Below, piece after piece: positions 1-17,774 of a stretch of 64,000 bases of DNA. The position numbers were made by a program, and so were the translations under genes. Below the pieces are notes generated by a model. It was not told the DNA's origin. It saw nothing but the letters and a program-made list of their open reading frames with translations, and ran no database searches. Where the stretch lies: the NCBI RefSeq assembly GCF_009914755.1, contig NC_060945.1. One strand, 5' to 3'. Positions within the stretch are counted from its first letter, which is position 1; every line of letters begins with the position of its first letter. The stretch comes from the human T2T-CHM13v2.0 reference genome, Homo sapiens.

Positions 1-469
1 GATTGCTATTTCCACAACTTAATGGTTTTTTATATTTTTTTCCTCTTCTGAGTTACATTAACAACCACTTACTTTTAAAATATTTGTATGGAATCACGTG
101 TGTTAAAGTAATTTCTGTGGTTGTTCTGGATGCTGACTAATAAAAGAGCAGAGGCATCTTCCTTTGGCAAAAGTTACTAACAAATAAGAACTAGTAACAT
201 ATGTTCATTCATTATTCTCTGTTTTGGGTACTATATTTGTGGTATGAGGCAACTGTGACAGTGGCAGCAAATTTGCTTATATGACCTATGATGACACCTG
301 AGGTAGGTGACTGTGAAATGAAATTTCAGCATCACCCCTTATCCCCAAAATGCTCTCCTCCAGCTCTTCCAATGACCTTTCAAGTGCCTGTTATATTCTT
401 CCCTCCTTGTAACATCTAGAGTGATTTTTGTTTCCTGAACTGAATTCTAATAGATATATAGGCGATTTA

Positions 470-700
470 TCAAAAGAGTGCAGTAAACAACATACTCAGT
501 AGTGAAATTTTAAAATTATTCCCCATAAAATCAGGTGTGAGATAAGTATGCTCCTTCTCACCATTTCTATACAACATTGCATTGGAAGCAATAGAGCTGA
601 AGAAGTAAGTGGAAAATGGTAGGGAAGAAAACAAAATTGTCATTATTTGCAATTGATAAGATAATCTACATAAAACCCCCAAACATAGCTTTATGGAAAA
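470..700 (+). mobile_element. Ancient L1M ORF2 fragment
   Basis: Degenerate match to the L1 ORF2 RT region (aacatactcagtagtgaaattttaaaattattccccataaaatcagg...ttctatacaacattgcattggaag). Confidence 0.65.
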
Positions 701-1552
701 TTAGTATGTATCACAGACATAAATACATTCGATGCTGCACTGTGTCTACTTTTGTAAGACAGGAAGAATATATCTGAAATGTTTAGTAACCTTTTTTCAA
801 AAGCAGATGAAATTACATCCAAAATCATCAATAACTGAAGAAGTCTAATAGGGCTTACTTCTAGAGGATTCCAGGTGAATGGATACAACCTTGAGCTAAT
901 TGCACAAAAGAAATTGTGTCTATAAGCAGGTCAATTAGCTTGTTTCACTAGAACACAGTTAAAAAGGTAGTTCTCCAATCACTTTGATTTTCAGAAGAGC
1001 TATGAGCTTGATTCTTAATGATTATTTAACATAGTTGAGCTTTAATGGTTAACTTGAAATTTTAAAACCATAAAACTTTATAGAAAATGAATATCAAAAG
1101 TAAAGAAGCTGTTAAGACCACAGTCACTGTACATAGGAATTTTATCTCACTGCTGTAAATCGTGAAATCCTGCCCTCAACCATAGTGTACGAACATGGCC
1201 ATTTCAAAGATGCACCTCTGTGACATTTCCCTGGATTTCTCCACGTAGGAATTTCAGCGGTTATTCTCTGCAGGTAATTGCAGCTTCCAGAATAACCCCA
1301 GGTCACTGAAACACCTTGGCTCTACAAACAACCCATTATTAGGCAGATTACATCAAGAAAATCCATCCTGCTACTGCTGTGGAGATGTGAATTTATGACA
1401 TTGAAGAAAAAAAACATGCAAAGAGGTTTCTGGAGTCTCTCTGTGGTGAAGGCAATGCTCTATGGACACATTTTATTCAATCACACTTAATGAATGAGCC
1501 TCACTCCTTGGTTTTCTTCATCCTCTCTGTCTCGTAGAATCCTTCTAGGGAG

Positions 1553-1573
1553 ATATATATATATATATATATA
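1553..1573. repeat. (TA)n microsatellite
   Basis: Run of atatatatatatatatatata. Confidence 0.9.
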
Positions 1574-1675
1574 GTAGCTGTGAATTAACATTTGTTCTCT
1601 AAAAACACAAAACTTGGTTTCTACTATCATACACTTAATACAAAACTCCCACAGTTCGTCTACGACCATTGTCTC

Positions 1676-2405
1676 CATCAGGGTCAGGTGAGAGGATGGA
1701 AAACATACGAGATTTTGAACAGGGAGAATGTAATGTAAATAATTGTCAACCAGGTATGAAGTTGTGAACTAGGAACTGAAAAGATAAAAAGAGGACGCTA
1801 ATGTATCATGGAGGCAGCAAATGTAGGAAGCAGATACCATCCTTATGGTTAAAAAAACTAAGGGACATGATTGGATTTATTAAAATTTAGAAACTTAGAG
1901 GAGGGGTCTTGCATAACTGAAACTCAGGGCTTTGAGGAGGGCTACTGGTTCAGTTGCTCAACAGATTCTGGTGTCTTTGAGCTTGGAAGAGCGGTCCCAA
2001 GGGGCTGAGACCCAGACTGTAGAAAACAGGATACTGTTAGCAGATGCTGGTGATTGTTAACTGTGACACAGTGAAGCTTGTTTCACAAGTGTTTAAAAAA
2101 CTGTTAACTGAATTCAGCTACTGCATACAGAATTACTACTCCTGCCTGGGTGAAGAAGCGCTGCCAAAATGATGCTTACAGGAACTGCAAACGGACAGGA
2201 AGTCAACAAGGAGTAAATAAGAAAGACCAGGTTCCTTCTTTCTCCTCCAGTCCTAGTCTCCGTCTTGTGCCCCCTTTTGGCAGAGCATAACAGGAAATCA
2301 GGGGGCAAAGCAGAAATAAGGTTTGCAGAGTTCCAGCTTCAGGATCATGAAGCAATTATAGAAATGTGGTTTGAGCTGAGAGACAATAGCTGAGTAAGTG
2401 GCACA
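1676..2405 (-). mobile_element. Old solo LTR (LTR78-like)
   Basis: Reverse complement starts tgtgccacttactcagctattgtctctcagctcaaacc; related sequence at 9305-9935 and 19382-20250. Family name from recall. Confidence 0.55.
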
Positions 2406-3012
2406 ACCATACACCGAAAAGTCTTCTGAAATAACTGAAAATTGATTCATGATTAATTACACTACGGTATAGCTAAACTGCTTATGTAGTTTTGTAACTT
2501 ACTAAGAAGTTGTATAATTCAGCATAGTCTCATAGTTTTAACAAAGAGAAAGAGATAAGCATTCAGTTTCCACTCCCTGTTCATTATGGAATACAAGGAG
2601 ATACACTGTGCATCTGAATGTCCACTTTGATTCCTGTGTGAGAAATATCGAACCAGCTTGTGGCTTCCAAGAATAAAATTAGTAAAATAAATGGACAAAC
2701 ATGTAAAAGACACAAAATTAAAGCATTCTTATCCTCCAAATCAGACCAAATAAACCTTATCTCAAATGATATTTCTAAACAGTATACCCACTTCTAATCC
2801 CCCTCTACCTCCTGACACATACTTAATAACAACTAGAATTTCTAACTTCCACATACACCAAAAAAAATTTATTACCATAATTTATAATAATAAATAATTA
2901 AGAACATCTACCTATTGACTTTCTTATCGTGTGTTCACCACTTTAAAAAATGAATCAACTTTCAATTATCTATTTCTTTTTGCTACATGATAAGTGACTA
3001 GAATGTAATCAG

Positions 3013-3212
3013 TTTTTTAATTTTTATTTTAGGCTCAGGGGTACATGTGTGCAGGTTTGTTATATAGTTAAACGCATGTCACAGAGATTTGTTGTACAGA
3101 TTATTTCATCACCCAGGTACTATGCCTAGTATCCAATAGTTATTTTTTCTGATCTTGTCCCTCCTTTCACCCTCCCTGCTCAGTTAAGCCCCAGTATCTG
3201 TTGTTTTTCTCT
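3013..3212 (-). mobile_element. L1PA 3' end fragment (older, L1PA13-16 type)
   Basis: T-rich tail followed by ggggtacatgtgtgcaggtttgttat...ttatttcatcacccaggtac, the antisense L1PA 3'UTR. Confidence 0.85.
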
Positions 3213-4899
3213 TCACCAAAAGGTTTTTAAAACCTGGTTTTGGCCAGCGTGTAAAATCATGTGCTACCACATCTTGTTGAAAATTTAATTCACATTTCCA
3301 TGCAGGACAGAAGTTTGGTTTTATGCACCATTTATGCTCTAAAATATGCTCTATCCTTCCTATAGAAAATGCATTCCTAGAAATTATCTCTAGGGAGATA
3401 GTTACATCCATATAAAATAGATTTAGCTGGAGATTATTTTATCAGGTTTTTTAAAATAAAGCAGATGAACATAAACCTAAAAGTTTTGCATAGAATCCTG
3501 GTTAAATAAATTACACAAGTAATGAAACACTATGCAGTCAGTAAACATGACTGGTTAGACATACCTTTTATTAACATAGAGCAAGCTATAAAACATTCAT
3601 TCATTCAAAAAATATATACTGAGTATCTGCATTGGCCAATGTACCAAAGAGTGACAGAAGAAAAAAAAGTCCCTATTGATGTAAAACTTCACATATGTTC
3701 ATATGAACACACACACATACACACACACACAGATGTCTGGTGGGACCTTCTCAAAAATATTGAGTCATTCGCTAAAAAATAAAGTGGTTTTCTCCCAGTG
3801 GGGGACTATAGCTGATTTTTACTTCAGTCTTTTATGTCATGTATTCGCATGAATTTATTTTACAAAAATAATATAGCCACTTAAAAAAATCCTATACCTA
3901 TTCAAAATCGAAGGCAAAGACTATTACTACCACTAAACCTTACCAGGGTTACTGGCTGAATGTGATTTCCTTTCTCTCAGAATTGCTTTATCATTTGGTG
4001 AGTATCATTTTGGGGAATTCAGAATACATTGGATTCTGAATTATAATTAGTTTTGAATTTGTCTTTCCTTGAGGATAGTGACACTGTCTTGTGTAACTTT
4101 TTGTCACCTATAACATGTAAAGTAGAGCTTAGATGCTTTCGGTGTGTGCTCAATAAATAATGTGTTATATTTCTAATTTCACTCACCATCAAATTGTACT
4201 GGGCATTAGTCAGGGTAACTGCTTTGCCCATAGAGTTTATAGGTTATCATGTGCTACTTATAGCCCATGTTGAAGAGCAGCCTTAAAGAGCTATGTTTTG
4301 TAATATGTAACCCCAATCTCCAGACACAGCTGATTGTATTGAGGGTGAATACTTGACTCAAAGGCAGCCAATCCAAAACCTGGCCAGAGCATGACCTGGA
4401 ATGCAAATGTGATCATAGGCTACTCATAAGAGAAAAAAAATCAAACTGGCTAATAAACCTGTAAAGCCTTTTCTGCTTTATTAACAGTGAAAATGCAAGC
4501 TAAAAAAGAGACAGACATGATTTTATTCCCATTGGATTGTTGAAAATTAGGAGTGACAAGTCTCATATTATTGAAAATAAGAAGGGTGATAATATCTCAT
4601 ATTGAAAAGAATGAAGGGAAATGGTCACCTCCACGCCCCATGGGTGGGAATACAAAAATTATTAAGGCAATTTGACAGCATCTACCAGCATTTACATTAT
4701 GCTCATCACCTTTTAACCCAGTTAGTCTACTCCAGGAAGACAACTTGCAAAAATAGCCACAGGTGCACAAAGATGAGGCAAGGATTTTCATTGTAATATT
4801 CAAAAGAGATACATTTCCATCATTAGGGTGAAGTAGGCTATGTTATTTTCATTCATTAGAAGAAAGGCAGAGATTCAATAGAAATAAAATCAAACCCAA

Positions 4900-5345
4900 C
4901 ATCCTTACTTTGAACCGCAGTCCTATATAATTTGGTCCCTGCATTTCTGAACTCATCTCTTCTCTCCTTCCCCACCACTCACCTGCTTCAGAACTCACTG
5001 GCATTTGCACTTGCTCATTCCTCTGCTCGTTTCATATCTCCAGCCATTCTCAGGGCTGATTCCTTCTCTCCAGCATCTCTGGTTAAATGTTACCCCCAGG
5101 GAGAAATTTCCTCATCAACCTGGCCTCAAACCTCTCTATATTTTCTCTCTTCTTATTTTCTTTGTCTAATTTACCTTCTCTTGACATTATATTAAATATT
5201 AAGCCACATTTTTTATTGTCCATATCTTTCACTAGAATCAAAACTTTTATGGGCAAGCAATTTATCTATTATTTATCACTAAATCCCCAATGCCTAGAGT
5301 GATGTCTTGTAAAGAATAAATGTATGTTTGATAAATTCATTTATT
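4900..5345 (+). mobile_element. L2 fragment
   Basis: gcatttgcacttgctcattccctctgc...tccccaatgcctagagtgatgtc, typical degenerate L2 3' region. Confidence 0.55.
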
Positions 5346-5699
5346 CTACAAAAGTATATGATAGAACTGTGTATTTTAACATAGAAAAATATCTAAGATC
5401 TATTGGTGTTGCCAAAAAAGACACAAATGATATGTTCACTTTTATGTTAAGAATACGTGAGTATTTATATATAGGGGTGTGTATGTGTTTAACACATACA
5501 TGCATGTAATTATCTAGATAGAGAACTAAAATTATATATATCAAGTTGTAATCTCTGCCAAGGATAGTGTCTATGGGAAGTAAGAAAATGAAACTTTGAC
5601 ATTGTACTCTACATATTTCTGTATCCATTTAATGTTTTTACAAGAATAGATTTATATACTTCTCATGAAAGGAAAACAAAGAAAGAAAAGTAACTACTA

Positions 5700-5905
5700 A
5701 TAATGACAAATGACATTTAAAGCTCTTGTAATAGGCAATACTTTGAGCATTACAGATGTATTAACTCATTTAATCATCACAACAGCCCTAGAGGATATAT
5801 TATTATTATTAATGTTAATATTACTATTTCAATTAGAGAAGAAGCTAAAGCATAGAAGAGCTAAGTAGCTTACTCAACATTGCACAGTGTCCAGGTAGCA
5901 AAACC
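5700..5905 (-). mobile_element. MIR SINE
   Basis: attaactcatttaatcatcacaacagcccta...gaagctaaagcatagaagagctaagtagcttactcaac, MIR core. Confidence 0.7.
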
Positions 5906-6485
5906 AAAGAAGGAAATAAAGGAGGAAAGAATGAAAAGGAGGTAGGAAAGGATGAAGGAAAGAAGAAAGGATTCATTAATCAGTTAATTTATCAGACTGA
6001 ATATGGCAAATGAAAAGTGGTTAAAGTTGTGAATGCCTACTATGCAAAATTGCAGGTTATTTGAAAGAGAATGAAATGTAAGGAAGATTTTCAGCTCCTG
6101 TCCTGGGGTGCACAGCTCTTCCAGAATTCCCAAGATTCCTTGACCAGATGGTTCAGTTTTTCTTGATTCCCACACACGTGTCCTGAGAGAAACCCTGCGG
6201 CGCACAATGACTTGAGTGAGGCTCTCTTCTTTGCCTCAATACCTTAAAGTAGAATGGATGTTTTTGACCTGCAGAAATAATGCCATGTGTTAGAAAAGGT
6301 TACTTATTTCCCAAGTCTGTTAAAGAGGAGAAATTATCAAAGGAAACTTAATATTGGTCAGCAAAACAGGGACAGTTTCGAAATTTTCAAGAGATCATCA
6401 AAACAATCTGTGTGCGTGTGTGCACATGTGTGTGTTTAACTATGCACTGATGCTTTTTTTGCCTTTCTTTCTTTTGTAAGCTTAC

Positions 6486-6512
6486 CTGATTGGTCATTCG
6501 CTTTTTAAAATC
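6486..6512 (-). other. Candidate 27-nt exon (putative; host gene unknown)
   Basis: Minus strand reads ...ttgactgcAG|GATTTTAAAAAGCGAATGACCAATCAG|GTAAGC: consensus donor, 84-nt AG-free pyrimidine-rich upstream zone, one open frame (DFKKRMTNQ). Confidence 0.4.
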
Positions 6513-8539
6513 CTGCAGTCAAGTATAACCGAATTGGGTGAATATAAGGGCGCAAAGAAACAAGAACAATGCAGGAGAAGACATGAGAACAGATGTGCCT
6601 CATGTTAAATTAAAACGCTCCTTTCTTCTGAACTTTCTTACTAAAATTCTGCAATTTGTGTAAGACGGATTCCATTTAGCACTGCTTTTCATTTTCCTTA
6701 GAGCTTCTCCATGTGATGAAAGAGAGATTGTGGGTGAACATCTGAGATAAGCATGGCATTAGGTCTCCTTCTATCTCTTTATTTATTAAAAGAATGGATC
6801 ATTTATTTCTTTAAGACTAATATAGGTTTGTATCTGTAATTCATTTATCAACTTTAACATTTCATTTGAGATCTAACAGAGATGGATCATTGTGTCATCA
6901 TAATCTTTTAATTAGAAATACTATGTTAAGTGTGCCCTTAAATGAACCCTAAAAATCTTCCTGCACTCCAACCACGGGTGTTACATTACAAAGCACGCTA
7001 GTTTACTGACCATTTCAAGATTGCCTTGTGGTTTTTATGCTTCAGAACATGAGGTTTATTGGTAGTGACACAGGATGAAATCCAAGCATATATGATTACA
7101 AATGTCCACATGGCAAAGCTTGGCTTTCAAAATTCAAATTGTCTACAAAGTAGAAACTGCTATTTTTAAAAAGCCAAAGAAAAAGTAAAAAAATAAAGTA
7201 TCATATCTCATTTATAGATCTTGTTCCTTCCTCTGAAAGATACTGAAAGCTTAGGTAGCAGAGTTGTTTTAAAGTATATTCTCTTTTACAGTTAGGCAAA
7301 GATATGATTTAAGAGAATGCTCATCACTATAGCCATGCCTTTTATGCTGTGAGCTATTGAAATGTGAATACACCACTAATTCTTTGCAACTACCAGACTG
7401 TAAACCAAACATGCCACTTTAGTAAATGACCCTTATTCTTCATTTCTGTTCCTTACTAAAGAGTACTAGCTATTTGTGGAAACCGCAAGAAAACACAGAA
7501 AGTTTGGAGAAAAATGTTTAATCTGTCGTTCCCCTAAGGCAATTTGCATCCTTTGAAGCTCTCTCTGTGTAATGAAACAAACAACTAGTAGGAAGGTGAA
7601 AATTTTACTCAAACAGTTTTTGAGAGTTTACATTTTTGTTTTTTTTCATGGAATGCTAAGTAATTGATGTTATTTTTCCTCACTGAATTCTCCAGTTGTT
7701 TTAATGATAGGTAATTAGAAAGAAGAATTCACTAAGAAATAAAATGGTTTCATGAAGTGATGAATTGTAAAGATAATTTCTCTTGAGATAAATTTAGCAG
7801 TGACACTAAGAAATTAATTCAGCCCAATCATAATAATAACAACTCCCATTTACTGAATATTTACTATGTACTGGCCACTCATCTGGCCCACTCAGAGCTG
7901 AGTGGCTTCAGCAATAAGCAAGTCATTGCTGTTTGCCAAGATCACTTTCAGGAGAGTGGGGATAGAAGCCAGGTTTCAATGGATTAAGAAGGAATGGGAA
8001 AGGAGAAAGTAGAAATAGCTATCATGGACACAAAATTACCCATGAAGGGAAAAAAAAGAAATTCAGCAGAAGCTGGTGGGAAATATGGAATTTAATAAGA
8101 AAGGGTTTATTTATTTATTTTTTTTTTTTTTTTTTTTTTATTTTTTTTAAAGATAGGAGAGAACTGAGCACATACAAATGAAAGCTGGGATAGCACTTTG
8201 AAGGTACAGAAAGGAAATAAGATAATCTACTGAGCAAGGCAACTAAGGGATTAGGAAGAGTAGGAGGGTTTCAGGAAATGACATCCCCTCTGTGCTGTAG
8301 ATTTCACTGAACCCTACTGGACATATTTATCCTTGGGGATCTTATAAGCACCTCAACTCATCAGTTCCATCTCCATGCCCAAACCCTCTGCCTTTGCTTT
8401 CTTTCTTGAAAAATTGCACCATTATCCACCTACATTCCTAAACCAAAAATCTAGGCCTGATGCTGGATCATCCCTTCTCTTTATCCTTGCATCTTATTAC
8501 CAACTTATGTTCATTTTATCTTTTAAAAATAAGTATTTT

Positions 8540-9210
8540 AATAACAGATGCTGGGGCTGTGGAGAAATAGGAATGCTTTTACATTGTTGGTGGGAGTGTA
8601 AATTAGTTCAACCATTGTGGGAGACAGTGTGGCAATTCCTCAAGGATCTAGAACTAGAAATACCATTTGACCCAGCAATCCCATTACTGGGTATATAACC
8701 AAGGAAATAGAAATCATTTTATTATAAACATACATGCACACGTATGTTCATTGCAGCACTAGTCTTAATAGCAAAGACATGGAATCAACCCACATGCCCA
8801 TCAATGATAGACTGAATAAAGAAAATATGGTACATATACACCATGGAATACTATGCAGCCATGAAAAGAAATGAGATCATGTTTTTTGCAGGGACATGGA
8901 TGGAGCTGGAAGCCATTATCCTCACCAACTAACACAGGAACGGAAAACCAAACACCACATGTTCTCACTTATAAGTGGGAACTGAACAATGACAACATAT
9001 AAACACAGGGAGAGAACAATATACACTAGGGCCTGTCAGGGGTCAAGGGGAGGGAGAGCATTAGGATAAATAGCTAATGCATGAGAGGCTTAATACTAGG
9101 TGATGGGTTCATAGGTGCTGCAAACCACCATGACACATGTTTACCTATGTAACAAACCTGCACGTCCCACACATGTATCCTAGAACTTAAAATTAAATTA
9201 AATTTTAAAA
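8540..9210 (+). mobile_element. 5'-truncated L1PA (about L1PA10-13): ORF2 C-terminus plus 3'UTR
   Basis: ORF 8375-8698 ends [27 protein letters not shown] (ORF2 CCHC region); L1PA 3'UTR ends cttaaaattaaattaaa. Confidence 0.92.
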
Positions 9211-9304
9211 AGTATATATTTTACTTCTTCTGAAGATTTTTTCCTGTATATCCAATGTTTAAATATTCAAGTCCAGGTTAGATGCCCTGTAATATCCATT
9301 GGAA

Positions 9305-9935
9305 TCTCATCAGAAAAATAAAACTACTCTAGTTATTCCAGCCTAAGGGATTTAATACAAGGAAATAACTGTACAGAGGAAGAAACAATTGAGAAGTTGA
9401 GGCAACTGAGGGAATAACAGAAGAGAGCAAACTACCACCTCTAGAGTTTCAGGAACCAGTAGAAGCATCATTACTAGAAACAGTGGTGTACTGGTTCATG
9501 TTTAACATCCAGCTCTCTAGGGATAAACAAAACTTTACTGCCAATTTCTGTGGTGTTAATATCATACCATGGCTGATTTCAAGATACCAACATTTCACTA
9601 AACGCAGAGCTGGGAAGAGATGCAGAGATTCAGCTCTTATGAGCTCACACACCAGAAACCAGAAGCTGAGCCTGTCAAGCAGAATTTGGAGCCATGCAAA
9701 AGAGGCCGCTGTTTCCAAAATGCTACCTGAATAGAGCAAGAGGACAAGTACATTGGCTTCTACAATCCTCCCACCTTTCATTCTCCTTTTGAGTCCTTTC
9801 TTCCGTCAAACTCAGCCAAAATCTTGCCAAGCCTGGGAAATGTAGCCTGAAAGTTTATGTCTCCTGAGATACAGAGCAGAGCTGGAGTAGGGCAAGGAAT
9901 GGATTCAAGAACCAACGGCTAAAAGACTGACACCC
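9305..9935 (-). mobile_element. Old solo LTR fragment (LTR78/79-like)
   Basis: Shares motifs with 1676-2405 (gggatttaatacaaggaaataact...cctgggaaatgtagcctg...ctgacac). Confidence 0.4.
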
Positions 9936-10840
9936 ACACCTCAGAGCTCTTGGAGAACTTCTACCTCTGTTATAACTGATCTATATGCTTTGTGAAGGCA
10001 GGGACCACTGCCTAGCCCAGAGTCTAACATTCATTAAGCATCAGTAAATATTTTACAGAATAAATGAATGATTTATTAGCAAATATAATGTCAGCATTTA
10101 ATAATCAGAAAATCAGTGCTTCTTTGTGTATATATGACTTCCTATGAAATTGCCACATTTCTTGGTATAGTGCAGCTATAACTTGTCAAAATAGCATACA
10201 AAAATATTATGCTGTTTGACCTTTTCTAATAATTCTCATTTGTGCCTTATTCCTTTCATCCCATCCCATGCAGTTTGTTGGAAAACTGAAAGCTTTTGTT
10301 TGATCTGATGGCTCTTGTAATTTAAACATTTCCAAATTATTTACAAATTGACGTTTTAGGAATTATCACTAAACCAGTATATTCTACAAGTTTCTCTCTC
10401 CATCTGGGATGTCCATCCATTGCCTCTCCATCTGGCAACTCCAAAGCCCTTAGTTAGAATTTTCATCTCTATTGCTAGTACCTGCCGATGGGCAGACTGT
10501 TTCAATTTCCACCAGTCCTATGTCTGGTCTGACTTCTATTTCTAGCTATAGTCAACAGAGTCAAATGTGTTCCATTTGAAGGACCACATTTGTAGTAGAA
10601 TTTTCCCGTGGATCTAATCCCAAAGGGGCCTTTGATTCATGTGCCTACCTTTGTTCAAATATATATTTAGATTGATTTATAAATCTTGCCAAATATAAGC
10701 AAAATTGGAAATTTGTTAAAGTGGTATGGATAGATTAATCACTAGTATATTATTGCAATAAAAAGAGTCCAGCCTGACCTGAACTCAGCTTTGATTTGTA
10801 TGGAGGCGACAGTGTGTTTTAAAGGAGGAATTAAGAAATA

Positions 10841-15097
<4,257 letters not shown>

Positions 15098-15299
15098 TCT
15101 ACTACTCCACCAAAAGTCAGATTGACCTTTCCAAAAAACAGTTCTGATCATATCCACCACCTTTTCTATACATCCTTTCATGAAGTCAAAATGCTCTTAG
15201 AATAAGAACTAATTCACTCAATATTTATTTAGCATAATCTCTGATGCAAATCTCTTCTCCAGTGATTACTTTGTAAGGCCCTCATTGTAAACACATGTT

Positions 15300-15870
15300 C
15301 AAAAAAATTCAAGAAAACATCAAATAAAAATAAAAGTTAAATGACAAAAACTGGATAAATGTATTTTCAAATTATATCATAAATAAAGTGTTAGTACCTC
15401 TTATGTAGAAGACCTTCTGGAAAACAAGAAGAGAAAGGCTAATAGCCCTATAGAAAAATGGACAAAAGATACGAGGAAAGAACCCACAAATAAACACAAC
15501 AATATGCTCAATCTCTAATATAATAAAAGAATGCAATTAAAAGTACACTGATGAGATTGGCAGAAATCCAAAAGTTTGACAACCTACTCTATCAAGGTGA
15601 CTACAGGGAAATAGGCTCTCTTAGACTTTATTGGTAAGAAGAATCTAAAATGATATAATCTTTATCATGAGGAATTGAGTTATAACTAGCAGAATTATAT
15701 ATGTATTTATTTTTCAATCTCCCCTCTATAATAACCTTGTCTAGGAATGTCTTTCAAAGATAACACTGGGGAAACGGTATATGGGGTGAAGGGTTCATGA
15801 GGGTCGCTTTTACTCCTCTCTATACTTTTGTGCTTATTTATAAATACCTACAATGAAAGGTTTTAAAAAT
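15300..15870 (+). mobile_element. Ancient L1ME 3' fragment
   Basis: tagaaaaatggacaaaagatac...atatgctcaatctctaatataataaaagaatgcaattaaaag, degenerate ORF2 end. Confidence 0.6.
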
Positions 15871-15904
15871 TAATCTTTGCTGGTGTTTTCTCTTGACCTT
15901 GGTA

Positions 15905-16290
15905 TCCTATCACCTTAGCCTGGGTTTCCCAAAAAGTGAAGGCTAAGAGAAAAGCTGCCGCCTGACTGGACTATTCAGTAGTGTGATGGAGGGAGGGTGG
16001 TAAACAGGAAATAAGAGAGGGTCTTCACAAAGATGCATTGTTGAGTTGGCCACCACGTGAGGCTGCTCATATGGAAGGGCTTTCGGAGAAGTGTGATGAA
16101 ATGAACCTCGGCAACAGACACTCTCAGCCTCAGAGAGACCCCAGGGCAGGGAGTAAGTGGCACATCTGGTATACCCAAGTCCTTGTCCTGCTAGGGTACC
16201 CATGGGATGAGAAGTCAAGCCTATGCAGAGTTAGCTTTCATATCTGTGGCTACACAAAGAGGGGAGGCAGGGAGAATTTGATATGTGGCA
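15905..16290 (-). mobile_element. Old MaLR/ERVL-type LTR fragment
   Basis: cttagcctgggtttcccaaaaagtgaaggctaagag resembles the end of old MLT1 LTRs. Confidence 0.4.
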
Positions 16291-17125
16291 AGAGAGCTGT
16301 ATGCTGCCCCCAAAAAGGGATTACTAACACTTGCATATAAGTTGTAGAACTTGCCTTTAATTTGATACAATAAAATGAATCATCGGATTAATTTTGGGAA
16401 TGTTGATATTAAACAGCCAAACTCCTAATAGGTAATTTTATGATTGATGTCTTTACCAAGATATACAGCTTCCTCAGGAGAGAATAGTACATATTAAAAC
16501 TAGAAAATTATACTATAGATGTTAAGAGTTCAAATAATATATGCCAATCTATAAGAAAGCCAGTCGTAAATAGTTTTCACTGATGCATGCCAGAATATTT
16601 AAATATTTAGCATATTTAATACATTAAATGTGGTAATGAAGTGGGACAACCATCTTAAATCTATATACACACACATATGACATAAGGTATTGTAAAATAG
16701 TATAGTATAATCTATATATGTACATAAATATTGATTTTGAAAAGTTGATAATACAAAGAGAAGAGAAGTAAGCTGGCATCACATGTGCTCTGTAAGCAGT
16801 TACTGAGGCAATGATACAACAGCCAAGGGCTCATTTTGAAGTGCTGATTATTTCCTTGTGCCAGACAGAAGTGACAATCAAAGTGATTTACTCTGAGAAC
16901 TTTGCATTACTGTGAAATCATTTATGCACTGTAAATGATTTGAATACCCATGAAGTCCGTAGGTCCCCAAATCATGTTCTTTTGCATTTCCCTGCCTTTC
17001 TTCCACCAAAGACAGATATCATGTGAAGTAATGTATCTGAAATTCATAAGCAGACAAAATTTCTACTGACTTCAATCATATGGGCCAATGAAAAGGTTAT
17101 CATCTTCCCAAATGGTCTCCCAACC

Positions 17126-17637
17126 TATATTAGTTTCCTATTGCTACCGTAAAAAATAATCACAAATAGCCACAAATTATGGGAAATTATCATAGCCACC
17201 TTGGTGGTTTAAAACAACAGAAGTTTATGTACTCACAGTTCTAGAAGCCAGAAGTCCAAAATCAAAGCGACAGTGACTGTGCTTCCTCCTGAGGCTCTTG
17301 GAGAGAATCCATCCCTTGCCTCTTCTGGCTTCTGGCAGCTGCTAGCATTCCTTGCATTCCTTGACTTGCCAGCGCTATCATTCCTATCTCTGCCTCTATC
17401 TTCACACTTCCTTCACTATGTGTATAGCAGATCTCCCTCCACCTCTTAGATCTTCCTATGAGGACATTCAAGATGACATTTAGGGCCCACCCAGCTAATC
17501 CAGGTATACCTTCTCATCTCAAGATCCTTAATCACATCTGTAAAGACCCTTTTTCCAAGTAAGGTAACATTTACAATATTTGCATGTTCTAGACATTAGG
17601 ACCTGATATCTTTGGGGCCACAATGTAGCTTACCTCA
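17126..17637 (-). mobile_element. MLT1 (MaLR) solo LTR
   Basis: tatattagtttcctattgct...ttctagaagccagaagtccaaaatc...tagggcccacccagctaatccagg; ccaacc flanks both ends. Confidence 0.88.
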
Positions 17638-17774
17638 CCAACCATGAGTTATTCTATTGAGATATTGTCTGTCATGCTTATTGCCACTGTAAAATAACAA
17701 TTAAAAAAAAGTCTGCACCCCCCTCCCTATTCACATACTCATCCTAAGATTAGCGATAATTTTGTTTCCAAGAC

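Noticed and set aside
800-1060. Possible CR1/L3 remnant
   Set aside because: Only faint resemblance (ttgattttcagaagagctatga); cannot be supported without an HMM search.
8106-8148. Long T tract as an orphan retrotransposed poly(A)
   Set aside because: No TSD or attached element body; it lies in L2-like sequence and is best explained as slippage expansion.
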